This document shows, in pieces, positions 1 to 9,486 of a stretch of DNA of 60,461 nt. Positions within the stretch are counted from its first letter, which is position 1. The number at the start of each line of letters is the position of its first letter. The stretch lies in contig CAZYWO010000001.1 in the NCBI GenBank assembly GCA_964651095.1, forward strand, positions 1 through 60,461, in the 5' to 3' direction. The notes below the pieces were generated by a model. The model was not told where the DNA came from, did not search any database, and worked only from the letters and a program-made list of their open reading frames with translations. Origin of the DNA: an uncultured Oscillospiraceae bacterium (lineage in GTDB: Bacteria; Bacillota; Clostridia; Peptostreptococcales; Anaerovoracaceae). The position numbers and the translations under genes are program-made.

Positions 1-193
1 TAATGTCAATATTTTCCATAAAAAAATAAATATTTTATAAAATTTTTTTGAAAAAACTGCATAAAGCATGCCTATACATTATCTGTTACCATGGAATATC
101 AATATAATACGTATCACATAATAAATACAGAACTCAAGTAGCCGAACCATGTCCATAATACTATTCTTATTTCAGCTATAATATAGTCCCTTA

Positions 194-904
194 CTAAGTA
201 TAGTTCCTTTCCGGCCCATATTTACGCATGGTCCCGGTCCAGATATAAGCATGGGGAGGAATCGAAGAAAGACTGAAATTTTTAAAAAGGGTGGCGAGTT
301 CATCAAAGGAGACAGACACAGCAGTAAGACGTACTGTTCCCTCCGGTGTTACAAAATCTATATTCAAAATATAGCAAAGAGTGGCATTTCCGCCATTGTC
401 ACGGCTGCGCCGTGCCGTGCGTATAAACAATGCGGACATAAGCTCCTTTATGGCAGCTCTCAGGCTTGTAACGCACATGCCCGTAAGCTTCGCCATGAGC
501 TTTTGAGGCGGACAGCAATAGTGTTTTTCACCCTTTATATGTACAAGGACTATGAGGGTAAGTATTGCGTTCCCTGACAGGGGATTGTCAAACAGGCTTA
601 AAGGCACGCAAATAAAGCTGTTTTTGTGAACAGCCGAGGTAACAAATAGATTTGTTGTCTGTGATCCGTTAGGGCGCTTGCGTGATATACGCTTTAAATA
701 ACCGTGCTCGATGAGCTCATTTGCAGCACGCTTATAGGACGTAAGGCTCATAAAACCCAATGCGGCCAATTTAGTGCGTCCCGGATAGCATTCTCCCTTT
801 CGATTGCTGAAACGGCGAATGGCACAGTATAAAAGCTTGGCAAAACGGCTCAGATGTTCATCGGCAATTACATCTGAAGCCACAGTAAAGTATCTGTGTT
901 TCAT
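194..904 (-). CDS. Rep-like winged-helix (HTH_36/DnaD-like) DNA-binding protein
   Basis: 236-aa ORF. It has two tandem wHTH-like segments (GRTKLAALGFMSLTSYKRAANELIEHGYLKR and PQKLMAKLTGMCVTSLRAAIKELMSALFI), as in plasmid/ICE replication-initiator HTH proteins. Family resemblance recalled only. Confidence 0.45.
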   Translation of the reverse strand: MKHRYFTVASDVIADEHLSRFAKLLYCAIRRFSNRKGECYPGRTKLAALGFMSLTSYKRAANELIEHGYLKRISRKRPNGSQTTNLFVTSAVHKNSFICVPLSLFDNPLSGNAILTLIVLVHIKGEKHYCCPPQKLMAKLTGMCVTSLRAAIKELMSALFIRTARRSRDNGGNATLCYILNIDFVTPEGTVRLTAVSVSFDELATLFKNFSLSSIPPHAYIWTGTMRKYGPERNYT

Positions 905-928
905 ACTTTTCTCCTTATCTGATTTTCC

Positions 929-1147
929 TTATTTCCCGGCCAAAAAATCTTTGGCGTTCTCTACATTTTCAAAACAATTTTTTTCGCCATAAATATAGAA
1001 TATGATATCTAAAAGTTCTTGCACAGGGCAATTCTCCGGCAATATAGTTTTTAAAATCCTCTTGGCCTGACTGTTATATGGTTCTATACGCATATCCGAA
1101 ATAAATTCACACCCGGTGGCTTCTTTCAGTTGTGTAAACAAGTCCAT
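929..1147 (-). CDS. Small hypothetical protein (conjugative-element accessory)
   Basis: 72-aa ORF, co-directional and tightly packed between the VirB4 and Rep-like genes. No recognisable motif. Confidence 0.35.
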   Translation of the reverse strand: MDLFTQLKEATGCEFISDMRIEPYNSQAKRILKTILPENCPVQELLDIIFYIYGEKNCFENVENAKDFLAGK

Positions 1148-1209
1148 TTTTATGCACCGCCAATAAAGGCGGAGAGCAGGAACATTCCCGCTCTCCGCCC
1201 GATTATTTT

Positions 1210-2970
1210 TTATAATCCGCCACCGGTAAGAAATTCAGCCTTATATCCTAAGTCAAAGTTTACCCTGATTCGCTTGCTGCCTATGCTGACAAGACCATTG
1301 GCTTTACGTTTAGACAAAATAAAGTCCTGCTCCGCCGTGTTCAGGTTATACAGCTCCGCCAGCTCATGCTCGCTGCGTCCATCGCAGCCGAAAAATACCT
1401 TGTATGTAGCATTACCCAATATTTCCTGCCCGTAACGTTTAATTTCCGGCGACAGGAAGTCTACAACAGAATGGGATATAACCATAAGAGAAACATTGTA
1501 TTTGCGCCCTCTTTTGGCTATATTGCGCAAAAATGTAAGAGCTTGAGGGACACGCTCATCAATCATCAGATAGCTCTCATCGCAGATAATAATACATTTT
1601 TGTTCCCGGTCCTTGCTTGCCTGTTCCCATGCCCATGTAAGCACATTATAATACTGTGTTTTTTTCGTAGTATCCGACGTGTCCTGAAGGTTATGGGTGT
1701 TGAGGCATATAATCTGATTGTCGCTCTGAATGTTTGTGTGTCCGTTCCATAAGAACTTATCTGCACCTTCCGCTATGCCTTTCAGCTTATTCGCAAGAGA
1801 TTTGCTTAACGGGTCGCCCAACTCTACGAGATGGGAGTAAACATCACCCATTATGGGAAAGTCCGTATTCTTCAAAAGTGACGCATCTGTATTGAAGTCT
1901 ATGCCGAAGCTGTTGTAAACCTCTATGACAGCGTTGTTAAGCGCCGCCTTTTCATCAGAAGAAAGGTCTGTAAGGTACATATCAAAAAAGCACTCCACGT
2001 TCTTAAGGTGGAGCGCAAGGTCGCTGAGTCCTTCGTCCTCATCGTCCTTTGGATAATGTTTAACCTGAAGGGGATTGATTTTTCCCTTTTCGCTTCCGCC
2101 GCAGTTTATGATATCGCCGCCCAAGCGTTTAACCATATCAACATATTCCTTCTCCGGATCTATGATAATAATACGGGCATTGGATAAAGCAAACTCCTCC
2201 GTTATAACATGCTTGACAAGGAATGATTTTCCCTGTCCGGGCTCACCCAAAACTATCCAGTTTGAATTTGTGCGGTCGCCTTTTCTTTTCCACATATCCA
2301 AAAAGATAACGCCGCCTTGAGCGTCCCTGCCGAAGTAGAATCCCTTATTATCAGAAAAATCCACGGCAGACCAAGGCTCACCGTGGACGAATGTACTAAG
2401 GGGCATAATGCTGTCGGTAATGCCGCAGATTTTAGGATTGGGAACATGGAACGGACTCATAGTTTCATAAGCCTCCATCTGAAGATTTGATAAGCAGCGC
2501 ATACCAAAACCCAAGCCGGCAATACGGCTCTCGGCTTCCTTTGTTGCCGTTGTCAGCTCTTTTTCAGACGTTCCCAACGGAAGTATTACCAGATTGAATC
2601 TGCCTATGGTTTCTCCGTCCCGGTCAACCTTACGGATTATTTCTTCTGCATTGGCAACTCCGGTTTCCGCTCTCTGCTGTTTAACGTAATCTCTTGCGGC
2701 ATATGCTTCACCACGCTGCTGAATTATATTGCGGCTTATAGCATTAAGCAGCTCTGAATCGGTATTTGGAGTGTACGTCATGCTTACAAGGGCACTGCTG
2801 AGATTGGTAAGCGATGTGAGCCAACCCATGGGAACCTCTGGAGAATACTTAATAACACCGTATGCCTTGGCAATAGTTTCACCTATGCCGAAACGGTTAC
2901 GTCCGAAGTTTATTTCTATGGGGGTTATTGCGTCAAGAATTTCTTTGTTTCCCGTATCAATTTTCTTCAT
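1210..2970 (-). CDS. virB4: VirB4-family T4SS ATPase, C-terminal two thirds (ATPase part)
   Basis: 586 aa. Walker A is LGEPGQGKSF and the Walker B-like segment is CIIICDESYLMID. The upstream segment ILDAITPIEINF...YGVIKYSPEVPMGWLTSL is typical of Gram-positive VirB4/TrsE/Orf16 proteins. SD AAAGGAGG lies 12 nt before the ATG, inside the 3' end of the preceding ORF. Confidence 0.85.
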   Translation of the reverse strand: MKKIDTGNKEILDAITPIEINFGRNRFGIGETIAKAYGVIKYSPEVPMGWLTSLTNLSSALVSMTYTPNTDSELLNAISRNIIQQRGEAYAARDYVKQQRAETGVANAEEIIRKVDRDGETIGRFNLVILPLGTSEKELTTATKEAESRIAGLGFGMRCLSNLQMEAYETMSPFHVPNPKICGITDSIMPLSTFVHGEPWSAVDFSDNKGFYFGRDAQGGVIFLDMWKRKGDRTNSNWIVLGEPGQGKSFLVKHVITEEFALSNARIIIIDPEKEYVDMVKRLGGDIINCGGSEKGKINPLQVKHYPKDDEDEGLSDLALHLKNVECFFDMYLTDLSSDEKAALNNAVIEVYNSFGIDFNTDASLLKNTDFPIMGDVYSHLVELGDPLSKSLANKLKGIAEGADKFLWNGHTNIQSDNQIICLNTHNLQDTSDTTKKTQYYNVLTWAWEQASKDREQKCIIICDESYLMIDERVPQALTFLRNIAKRGRKYNVSLMVISHSVVDFLSPEIKRYGQEILGNATYKVFFGCDGRSEHELAELYNLNTAEQDFILSKRKANGLVSIGSKRIRVNFDLGYKAEFLTGGGL

Positions 2971-3595
2971 TTTCGTACATTACCTCCTTTACCAAGGTGA
3001 CAAGTGATTTTCCTACGCTAAGCTGTTCTGAAAAAGAAACGGGATTCGTAAACAAATTGCAGAGCTGCAAAATGTCCATGCCCGTACAAATAGCAGCTTC
3101 CATCCCGGCATTTTCAAAAATATTTTTTAATTCATGAAGCCGCTCCGGCAGCTTTCCTGATTGATTGCTCGGTTCCCAGATGCAGATATAGTAAAGAAAG
3201 CTTACACTTTTATTGCTTGTGGCAATTTGGTCAAGCTTGGCTATATTTGCATCGATTATTCTATTTTTAGGGCTGCTCATGTTGTCAAAATTTTTCATGG
3301 AGGCATAATGCTGAATGTGAGCGCTTACATCAATGGGCATCTGAAGCTTCAATACCTTAAACGGCTTGTTTATGGCTTTGAGTTGATTTATCAAAGCCTG
3401 CCCTTTTATGAATTGCTCCTTTTCAGTCATAAGCTCACGGCAAAAAGGGGAGACATTTATATAACCAAAAGCATATCCGTCTTTTGTTGTCAATATCTGC
3501 CCGTCGATGTCCTGTACATTTATAAACTCCTGAGCAGTTTTTTCACCTGCCGTAATTTCTTTTTTCCCTTTGTCGGGCAATTTCAATTTGTTCAC
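2957..3595 (-). CDS. VirB4 N-terminal domain encoded as a separate ORF
   Basis: 212 aa. AQEFINVQDIDGQILTTKDGYAFGYINVSPFCRELMTEKEQ matches the N-terminus of Tn916-Orf16/CD1110-type VirB4 proteins. GTG start with SD AAGGAGGA 5 nt upstream. Overlaps the ATPase ORF by 14 nt. 212+586 aa is roughly the length of a one-piece VirB4. Confidence 0.65.
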   Translation of the reverse strand: MNKLKLPDKGKKEITAGEKTAQEFINVQDIDGQILTTKDGYAFGYINVSPFCRELMTEKEQFIKGQALINQLKAINKPFKVLKLQMPIDVSAHIQHYASMKNFDNMSSPKNRIIDANIAKLDQIATSNKSVSFLYYICIWEPSNQSGKLPERLHELKNIFENAGMEAAICTGMDILQLCNLFTNPVSFSEQLSVGKSLVTLVKEVMYENEEN

Positions 3596-3917
3596 GTTCT
3601 TCCTCCTTTATTTCCTTATTGTAGATATAACGTTTTTGTCTTTTGTTGAATATAATAATATTTCTTACATAGTCAACAACATTTTGATTTGTTCTGTCCC
3701 GCATAAAAATAAATACAGCTGCCGCAAAGATAACTATTGTTCCCAGGGCAAAAAATCCAAAGCTTTTACCCATTAATGCCTTATAAAGGTAAAGAATCCC
3801 CGCAGCCGGCCCGGTCACAAGCAGAGCTGATATCAGCTCTGCCGTACCGAAACCGTCGTATATTTCCACTTTTGTTTTTACGTTGACGGGAATATACAGC
3901 TTTTTGTTTTCACTCAT
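3543..3917 (-). CDS. PrgI/TcpE-like (VirB3-like) small membrane protein
   Basis: 124 aa with two adjacent hydrophobic helices (LISALLVTGPAAGILYLY, FGFFALGTIVIFAAAVFIF) and a charged tail. It sits immediately upstream of VirB4, as VirB3 analogues do. Confidence 0.55.
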   Translation of the reverse strand: MSENKKLYIPVNVKTKVEIYDGFGTAELISALLVTGPAAGILYLYKALMGKSFGFFALGTIVIFAAAVFIFMRDRTNQNVVDYVRNIIIFNKRQKRYIYNKEIKEEEREQIEIARQREKRNYGR

Positions 3918-4129
3918 TATGTATACGCTCCTGTCACTATAAATTGAATTTGTATTATACTTTCAGCTATTGCAAGCCAAATAAGGGATGTTTTAATCTG
4001 CTTTTTATTTTCTGCCAGATCTTCTTCTGCACCGATGGCGATTTTTATAAAGCATATTAAAACTCTGAGTCCCAATCCCGCTCTTGTAACTAAGATTAAA
4101 GCATTGCGCAGTTCCAATAATTTATCCAT
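3917..4129 (-). CDS. Small two-helix membrane protein (possible VirB2/TrbC-like)
   Basis: 70-aa ORF with two hydrophobic segments. The start codon overlaps the stop of the upstream gene, so it is operonic within the T4SS core. Confidence 0.35.
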   Translation of the reverse strand: MDKLLELRNALILVTRAGLGLRVLICFIKIAIGAEEDLAENKKQIKTSLIWLAIAESIIQIQFIVTGAYT

Positions 4130-4138
4130 ATTAAGCTC

Positions 4139-4999
4139 CTATCTTTTCAGCATACTAAGTGCCTGCCGCCCCATATTAAGACTGTAATAAACAGACATAA
4201 GTTTTCCGCCGCCCTGCTGCGCCGGAACAATGAGCTCTGCCAGAAGCCGAGGAGTTTTTATTGCAAGCCGTATTGCAGCTATGGCCCAAATAAGATGTCC
4301 CGCAAGGAATAACAGCATAGAAAATTTAAAGAGAAACGCCTGTACAATTACCGTGGTTACAGCTTGGAACAGTTTTGCAAGATACCCTGTCCATACTCCG
4401 CCGTTGCTGTCTATCATTCCCACGCAGGCGAGAGGCACACCCATACGGACTATGAATATTTCCATACCCCTCATCAAAAATTGAAGATATAGCTGAACAA
4501 AGGATATCAAATAAACTATTGCAAATATCACCGTTATTATGCCGCCCGTTGTAAGTAAGCCTGCCGTAAAAATGCCTTCCGATCCGAGAGATGTGCCGAA
4601 TTTGGCGGCAGAAAGCACCTCTGAAATCATACTTTCCACTACCTCGGCAATCCAATCGTAAACCGAAGGGAAGCATAAAGCAACAGCCATTGCTTTCACA
4701 TAGGCGAAAAGCAAGTCCAAAGGGCTGTGATCGGGCTCCCCGGAAAAGGTGACGTAGTGGTCAAAACCTTTTTTCAGAAATTTAAGGGTAATCAGTGCTA
4801 CAGCAAACTTAGTTACAGTGCTCATTACCGAGTTTGCCGCCGAGGTGTCGAGCATAGCTCCGCTTAAATTTGCGCCGATGTATTCTTCCATTCTGAGACA
4901 TATTTGTACAAGAAATTTTGTAACAAAAAACTCAGAGAAGTACTCCATGCCCTTATTGACAATTTCAAGCAAAAAGTCATTTATAATTGATAGCATCAT
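4139..4999 (-). CDS. Polytopic membrane protein, VirB6/TrbL-like T4SS channel component
   Basis: 286 aa with at least 5 predicted TM segments. Position between the VirB2-like and VirB3/VirB4 genes fits a VirB6 analogue. Confidence 0.6.
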   Translation of the reverse strand: MMLSIINDFLLEIVNKGMEYFSEFFVTKFLVQICLRMEEYIGANLSGAMLDTSAANSVMSTVTKFAVALITLKFLKKGFDHYVTFSGEPDHSPLDLLFAYVKAMAVALCFPSVYDWIAEVVESMISEVLSAAKFGTSLGSEGIFTAGLLTTGGIITVIFAIVYLISFVQLYLQFLMRGMEIFIVRMGVPLACVGMIDSNGGVWTGYLAKLFQAVTTVIVQAFLFKFSMLLFLAGHLIWAIAAIRLAIKTPRLLAELIVPAQQGGGKLMSVYYSLNMGRQALSMLKR

Positions 5000-5002
5000 T
5001 CA

Positions 5003-5350
5003 TCAAGACCCGTAATACCCGGCAACAACCGTAATAAGAGTGGTGGCGATAAGTCCGCCGACAGTGGCAATTACGCTTGTGATTATACGTGACTGCCACT
5101 TTTTCTGGTCAACATCGTCTGCCATAGACTTACGTATAAAGCAATAGCAGACAGCAGCTCCGCCGGCAATTCCGACAATTTTTTGTAATGCCGAGGATAC
5201 GTCAGTAATGAGCTGTATCGTTCCGCTTTCAAGGACACCCAAGCCGCCGGCAGCCGCAGCGGGAGCAGTGGGATCAGCAGAGGCCGCCATGAGCAAAAGC
5301 GTTGCCGACAAAGGAGCCGTAAATAGTGTTTTCTTAATTGTGTTTTTCAT
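5003..5350 (-). CDS. Maff2/VirB2-like secreted two-TM protein
   Basis: 115 aa. Signal peptide (LLLMAASA), then two hydrophobic helices separated by a charged loop (RKSMADDVDQKKWQSR). This is the VirB2/TrbC-type topology. Confidence 0.5.
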   Translation of the reverse strand: MKNTIKKTLFTAPLSATLLLMAASADPTAPAAAAGGLGVLESGTIQLITDVSSALQKIVGIAGGAAVCYCFIRKSMADDVDQKKWQSRIITSVIATVGGLIATTLITVVAGYYGS

Positions 5351-5365
5351 TTTTAAAACGTCCTT

Positions 5366-6973
5366 TCAGTTAAATATATTGTTTGTCTGTACTCCACCAT
5401 ACATCTGCCTGCGGGGCGGAGACTTCTTGTACTTATCCCATATGCCCCATACCTGAATTTCAATTTTATCGGTATTTTCCGGCCTGTCATTATCCGTTTT
5501 CTCACGGAGGGCACGGTTAAATTCCTTGTCTCCAAGACCGAGAATTTTGTTGAATTCCGTTTTACTCAAATCGGGGGCATTCATAATGGCGGGGTAAGAA
5601 TCACTGAGAACAAGCATATAAGGCCGGGCTATTCTTCCAACCTCATCCGGTGTTAAAAGGTCCCGTGCGATGAGCTGCATACTTGCGCTTGAATTTGCCG
5701 GCGCTATAAGCCCCGTAGATGCACTTGCACTGAGACTTTGTGATGAACAGGTATATTTTCCGCACCGAGCTGAAATTTGTTTATGTGTTTCTTCATCAGA
5801 AGAAAGATAAATCCATATCACACAGTTTGTAAACACTGTCTGAGCTGTATTTTTTCCATAGGTTTCTTCCACTTGGCTCATTGACTGAATAAACAGATTG
5901 AAACGTATGCCACGGCCTCCGCCAACGGTCAGCTTAGACGCAAATGAGGGGATCTTTGTAAAGTTGCCGAACTCATCGAGAATGAAGTTGCAGCGTATTT
6001 TAAGCCTGCCGCCACGCTTGTCTGCCACTTCTACAAGCTTACAGTAAAGACTGTCTACAAACATTGATGCTATGCTGTAATATGTCTCTTTTTCATCCGG
6101 CAGAATAATAAAAAGTGCCGTTTTCTTTTCAGGAATATCTGAAAAAGAAAAGTCGCTGCTTGAGGTTATATTGTAGATGTAACTGTCCACAAACAGTCTT
6201 AGTGATGCCAAAGCTGATGCGTAAAAGCTGCCTCGTGTTTTGGAGGGAGCAACCATTGCGGCCGCAAGCAGACTTTTTGCCGGGTGATTGTAGTCGATTT
6301 CTGTCAGGTATTCGTCCAGTGGCATTTTATCGCCTATTTTACACATTTCAGCAATAAAAAGGTAAACATTTGTAAGATTTTGAAACTGAGGCTTTTCCTT
6401 GTTATCATAAACCACAGCCATAATGGTTGATGCCAAAACAGCTTTTTCGCCCTCCGTCCATATCTTTTCCCCGGTATGCTCCTTTACATTACCGCTGAGA
6501 CTTTCCGCCATGTCCAACGCCAGTTTCTGGGCCTTGGATAAATCATCGTTGTTGACCTCATTTATGATTTCCTGAAGCAGGTTATAGCGTTTGCTTTTCT
6601 TTGGGCTGCGAAAATCCATATCAATAACGTTATACCCCTGTTTTTTAAGATAATTAGAGGTATAAGCAAAAAGCTCGCCCTTGGGGTCGGATATTATCAT
6701 GCTTTCTCCGGACATTGCTAAGGTGCAAATGGACGGAAGTACAACGCTGCGTGATTTGCCGCTGCGAGTGGCGCCGATACAAAGGGTATGTATATCATCA
6801 TTTACAAAATATGTTTTGGTACCGTTATGTCCGGGCTCCATTCCAACCACAATTCCGCCGCCGTTAGAAAACGGTGATTTCTGTTGTTTCTTCGAGTTTA
6901 TCAATGACTGACTGATATTCTTCACGTCCTTTCTCTGCTTTTTCTTCATCTGTTCCTTTAGCCTTTTGAGCAA
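5366..6973 (-). CDS. virD4: VirD4/TraG-family type IV coupling protein, soluble ATPase part (no TM anchor)
   Basis: Walker A is IGATRSGKSRS and Walker B is CNFILDEFGNF. No hydrophobic N-terminus. The track start is TTG at 6973. A likelier start is ATG at 6949 (SD-like AAAGGAAC) or ATG at 6841. The 5' end overlaps the preceding ORF. Confidence 0.85.
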   Translation of the reverse strand: MLKRLKEQMKKKQRKDVKNISQSLINSKKQQKSPFSNGGGIVVGMEPGHNGTKTYFVNDDIHTLCIGATRSGKSRSVVLPSICTLAMSGESMIISDPKGELFAYTSNYLKKQGYNVIDMDFRSPKKSKRYNLLQEIINEVNNDDLSKAQKLALDMAESLSGNVKEHTGEKIWTEGEKAVLASTIMAVVYDNKEKPQFQNLTNVYLFIAEMCKIGDKMPLDEYLTEIDYNHPAKSLLAAAMVAPSKTRGSFYASALASLRLFVDSYIYNITSSSDFSFSDIPEKKTALFIILPDEKETYYSIASMFVDSLYCKLVEVADKRGGRLKIRCNFILDEFGNFTKIPSFASKLTVGGGRGIRFNLFIQSMSQVEETYGKNTAQTVFTNCVIWIYLSSDEETHKQISARCGKYTCSSQSLSASASTGLIAPANSSASMQLIARDLLTPDEVGRIARPYMLVLSDSYPAIMNAPDLSKTEFNKILGLGDKEFNRALREKTDNDRPENTDKIEIQVWGIWDKYKKSPPRRQMYGGVQTNNIFN

Positions 6974-7367
6974 AACTGTCTATGGCTTTTTGCTGTAAAA
7001 TTGCCTTTTTAATGGAAAGCCTATATGTATCAATATTATCAGGGGTGTCAAGCATAATCTTTTCCATTTCAGCTATTCCACCATACTTTTCGGCTTCCCT
7101 CTTAAGGGCGGCTTCCACCTCATCATCTGTAACACTGATTCCCAGCTTTTCCATTTCAGCAAAAAACACCATATCTTTTGCGGTTTGCTTGACAGCATTG
7201 CCTTTGCGTGCATCAAGCCTCATGGAGATGTCATATTGTCTGATTTTGGCACCGTTTACTATACCTACGACTTTGATTTCGTAGGCGTAGACAAAGGCTC
7301 CGGCACATAACGCCGCACCCAACAGGAATGACGGAACATATTTAAAAAAGCATTTTATTTTTTCCAC
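6864..7367 (-). CDS. Membrane-anchored SurA-N/PrsA-like chaperone-domain protein
   Basis: 167 aa. N-terminal anchor FLLGAALCAGAFVYA, then a helical Lys/Glu-rich domain resembling the SurA N-terminal / PrsA chaperone region. Confidence 0.4.
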   Translation of the reverse strand: MEKIKCFFKYVPSFLLGAALCAGAFVYAYEIKVVGIVNGAKIRQYDISMRLDARKGNAVKQTAKDMVFFAEMEKLGISVTDDEVEAALKREAEKYGGIAEMEKIMLDTPDNIDTYRLSIKKAILQQKAIDSFAQKAKGTDEEKAEKGREEYQSVIDKLEETTEITVF

Positions 7368-7368
7368 G

Positions 7369-8154
7369 TCATAATCTCCTTTCCCAAAAAAATTGTATGC
7401 TGCCCAACGATAAAAGCAGCAGATAACCTAAATAGAAAAACGGAACAACCGCAACGGCGGTTTTCCCTTTTCTTGCAAGCATCAATATAATGGCAGCAAT
7501 ACCGGCGCAAACAGCCGAATAAAACAGGATACTTAAAAATCCGTTTATATTCATATATCCGCCAGCAAAAAACAACAGCAAAAGGCACTGTATATCCCCG
7601 TTCCCAACTACGGAATCACGGTTGAACCTCTCTGCCACAATAGATAATGTAATCGCAGCGACAGAAATAATAGCATAGGCTTTAACTGACGGCAGATTGA
7701 TGTGGGAATATATTTGTATAACTGCAATAGCAATTATCGCAATATAGCCTGATATTCCTTCAATGCAGTGAGATATGAAATCCGTCGTTGCCGCAAAGCT
7801 AAGGTAAATCACAGCAATTGTTGCAACAAGAACATCACACGGGTTTGAAAGAAAGAATTTATAAGAGTATATCCCCAAAATTATCCAACCGATACCACAC
7901 ATCAGCTCACACAAAAAAGGTTTTATCGGGATTTTTGCTTTGCAGCTGCGGCACTTGCCGCCTTGGAGCAGATAGCTGAAAACAGGAATCAATTCGTACC
8001 ACTTAAGTGTTTTTCCGCAAGTGTCGCATTGGCTGCGACCGCTCCACCATTTACGGGTTTCATGGGCCTCAAGCCCCCACCGAACACCAATGACAGAAAA
8101 AAAGGAGCCTAAACACAGCCCCAAAATCAAATAGAGTATGACCATTGATACCAA
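7369..8154 (-). CDS. pilD: Prepilin peptidase (A24 family)
   Basis: 261 aa, polytopic. N-terminal Cys box CDTCGKTLKWYELIPVFSYLLQGGKCRSCK. Aspartate motifs ATTDFISH and VVGNGDIQ (GxGD). Confidence 0.85.
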   Translation of the reverse strand: MVSMVILYLILGLCLGSFFSVIGVRWGLEAHETRKWWSGRSQCDTCGKTLKWYELIPVFSYLLQGGKCRSCKAKIPIKPFLCELMCGIGWIILGIYSYKFFLSNPCDVLVATIAVIYLSFAATTDFISHCIEGISGYIAIIAIAVIQIYSHINLPSVKAYAIISVAAITLSIVAERFNRDSVVGNGDIQCLLLLFFAGGYMNINGFLSILFYSAVCAGIAAIILMLARKGKTAVAVVPFFYLGYLLLLSLGSIQFFWERRL

Positions 8155-8176
8155 TATATCACCGCCTTAAAATAAT

Positions 8177-8206
8177 TGCCGGCACACATTTTACTGTGAG
8201 CCGGCA
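8177..8206 (-). terminator. Hairpin downstream of the LRR-protein gene
   Basis: tgccggc(8177-8183)/gccggca(8200-8206): 7-bp GC-rich stem with a 16-nt loop. On the minus strand it is followed by attatttta. Confidence 0.4.
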
Positions 8207-8241
8207 TTCAATAAAGGTTAAATCCCCGTTTAGAAATAATA

Positions 8242-9423
8242 TTATTTTACCTCAATCACCGTTTCTTTGCAAAGAGGCCTCAGGCTTTCTTGCGATTCCC
8301 AACAGAATACTTTAACGATCGCTATATTTTCTGCCTGGAAAGATGTTTGCCACTTCGCATCATTTTCGTGCAGTTTGTTCATATGGACAAAATTTCCGTT
8401 TTCATCGTAACCTGCGGCCATAAGCACAAAGCTTTCCGGTTGATTTTCAACCAGTACCGACATAACGATATCATTGTTTTCTGCCTGGCAGGATTCCACC
8501 GTAATTACCGGAACAGGGTTCTTCGGTTCGTCCGCTATTTCTGAAAACGTCAGATTGTAAGGACGATCATGGGCATAAGCATCAATTGCAGATCCGACTT
8601 TCCCGTACAACAATAATTTGCCGCAGCCCATAAATGAAGTTGGATAGAGCTTTACAACGGAACTCGGTACTGTAATTTTCCGTAAGCTGTTTCCGTATTT
8701 ATCTTCGCCGCAGTGGCAAAAGGCCCCATCAGCTATGGTTGTGACCGTGTTCGGAATTGTGTAGCTTTCCAACGTACTGCCCTCCGGATAGGTGATAATT
8801 GTTTTAGCCTCCTTATCGAAAAGAACGCCGTCTATATCTCGATATACAGGATTATCATTGTCAACATTTATTTTTTCCAGTTTTGAGCAGTTTTGAAATA
8901 CTCCCCATCCGATATCGACAACACTTTTAGGTATATTTATGTTCTCCAGTTTTTTGCAGCCTTCAAAGGCATAATTCCCGACATATGTTACTCCATCAGG
9001 AATATCGAGTTTTGTCAAGCTTTGGCAGATGGAAAATGCCCCGTAACCAATACGGGTAATATTATCGGGGTATTCTAACTCCGTCATAGCATAGCAGCCC
9101 TCAAACGCTCCATCTCCGATAGTCGTTATTCCATCCTCGACAATGCCTTTAATTACATATTCACCATAATCTATTTCCTGATATACCGGCGTAAAATAGT
9201 TATATTCCCCCTTGTTTTCAGCTTCGTACATTGCCCCTTCTCCGCTGAATATTAGTGTGCCGGCTGAAGTATCAAGCTCCCATGTCACATTATTTCCGGG
9301 TTCGCCCGTCTCTGTTGCAACGCCGTAATTGCCTTTCAAAATTTCAGCTTCCGCCGTAAAAGACACTGCCGCAAATGCAGTTACTGCCAGCATGGAGCAA
9401 AACAAATACTTAATTTTTTTCAT
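8242..9423 (-). CDS. Secreted BspA-type leucine-rich-repeat surface protein
   Basis: 393 aa. Signal peptide (FCSMLAVTAFAAVSFTAEA). Repeated ~23-aa units of the LRR_5 type (I..IG.GAFEGC..L..L.IP..VT.IG..AF..C). Confidence 0.75.
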   Translation of the reverse strand: MKKIKYLFCSMLAVTAFAAVSFTAEAEILKGNYGVATETGEPGNNVTWELDTSAGTLIFSGEGAMYEAENKGEYNYFTPVYQEIDYGEYVIKGIVEDGITTIGDGAFEGCYAMTELEYPDNITRIGYGAFSICQSLTKLDIPDGVTYVGNYAFEGCKKLENINIPKSVVDIGWGVFQNCSKLEKINVDNDNPVYRDIDGVLFDKEAKTIITYPEGSTLESYTIPNTVTTIADGAFCHCGEDKYGNSLRKITVPSSVVKLYPTSFMGCGKLLLYGKVGSAIDAYAHDRPYNLTFSEIADEPKNPVPVITVESCQAENNDIVMSVLVENQPESFVLMAAGYDENGNFVHMNKLHENDAKWQTSFQAENIAIVKVFCWESQESLRPLCKETVIEVK

Positions 9424-9486
9424 ATATAACTTCCTTTCGTGTTTTGTGTGGATATATTATCATAATAACATGAGCAGAGAAAATAA

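Noticed and set aside
1-193. AT-rich left end as an origin of replication or attachment site.
   Set aside because: I could see no iterons, DnaA-box-like repeats or a match to the right end of the window. AT-richness alone is not sufficient evidence.
4326-4676. Same-strand nested ORFs inside real genes: 4326-4676, 41347-41718, 42345-42560, 44059-44280, 46305-46499, 48642-48932, 52092-52304 and 54210-54449.
   Set aside because: Unlike the TnpV-like ORF, their products are Arg/Cys-rich junk with no family resemblance and no SD. They are alternative-frame artefacts.
6842-6973. Long N-terminal extension of the VirD4 ATPase ORF starting at TTG 6973.
   Set aside because: It overlaps the 3' end of the preceding gene by 110 nt and starts at TTG without an SD. 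ATG 6949 or ATG 6841 is the more plausible start, so the extension is probably not translated in full.
7355-7588. 77-aa ORF overlapping the 3' part of the prepilin peptidase gene.
   Set aside because: It is an alternative frame of a well-supported polytopic protein gene, and its product is Cys/Arg-rich.
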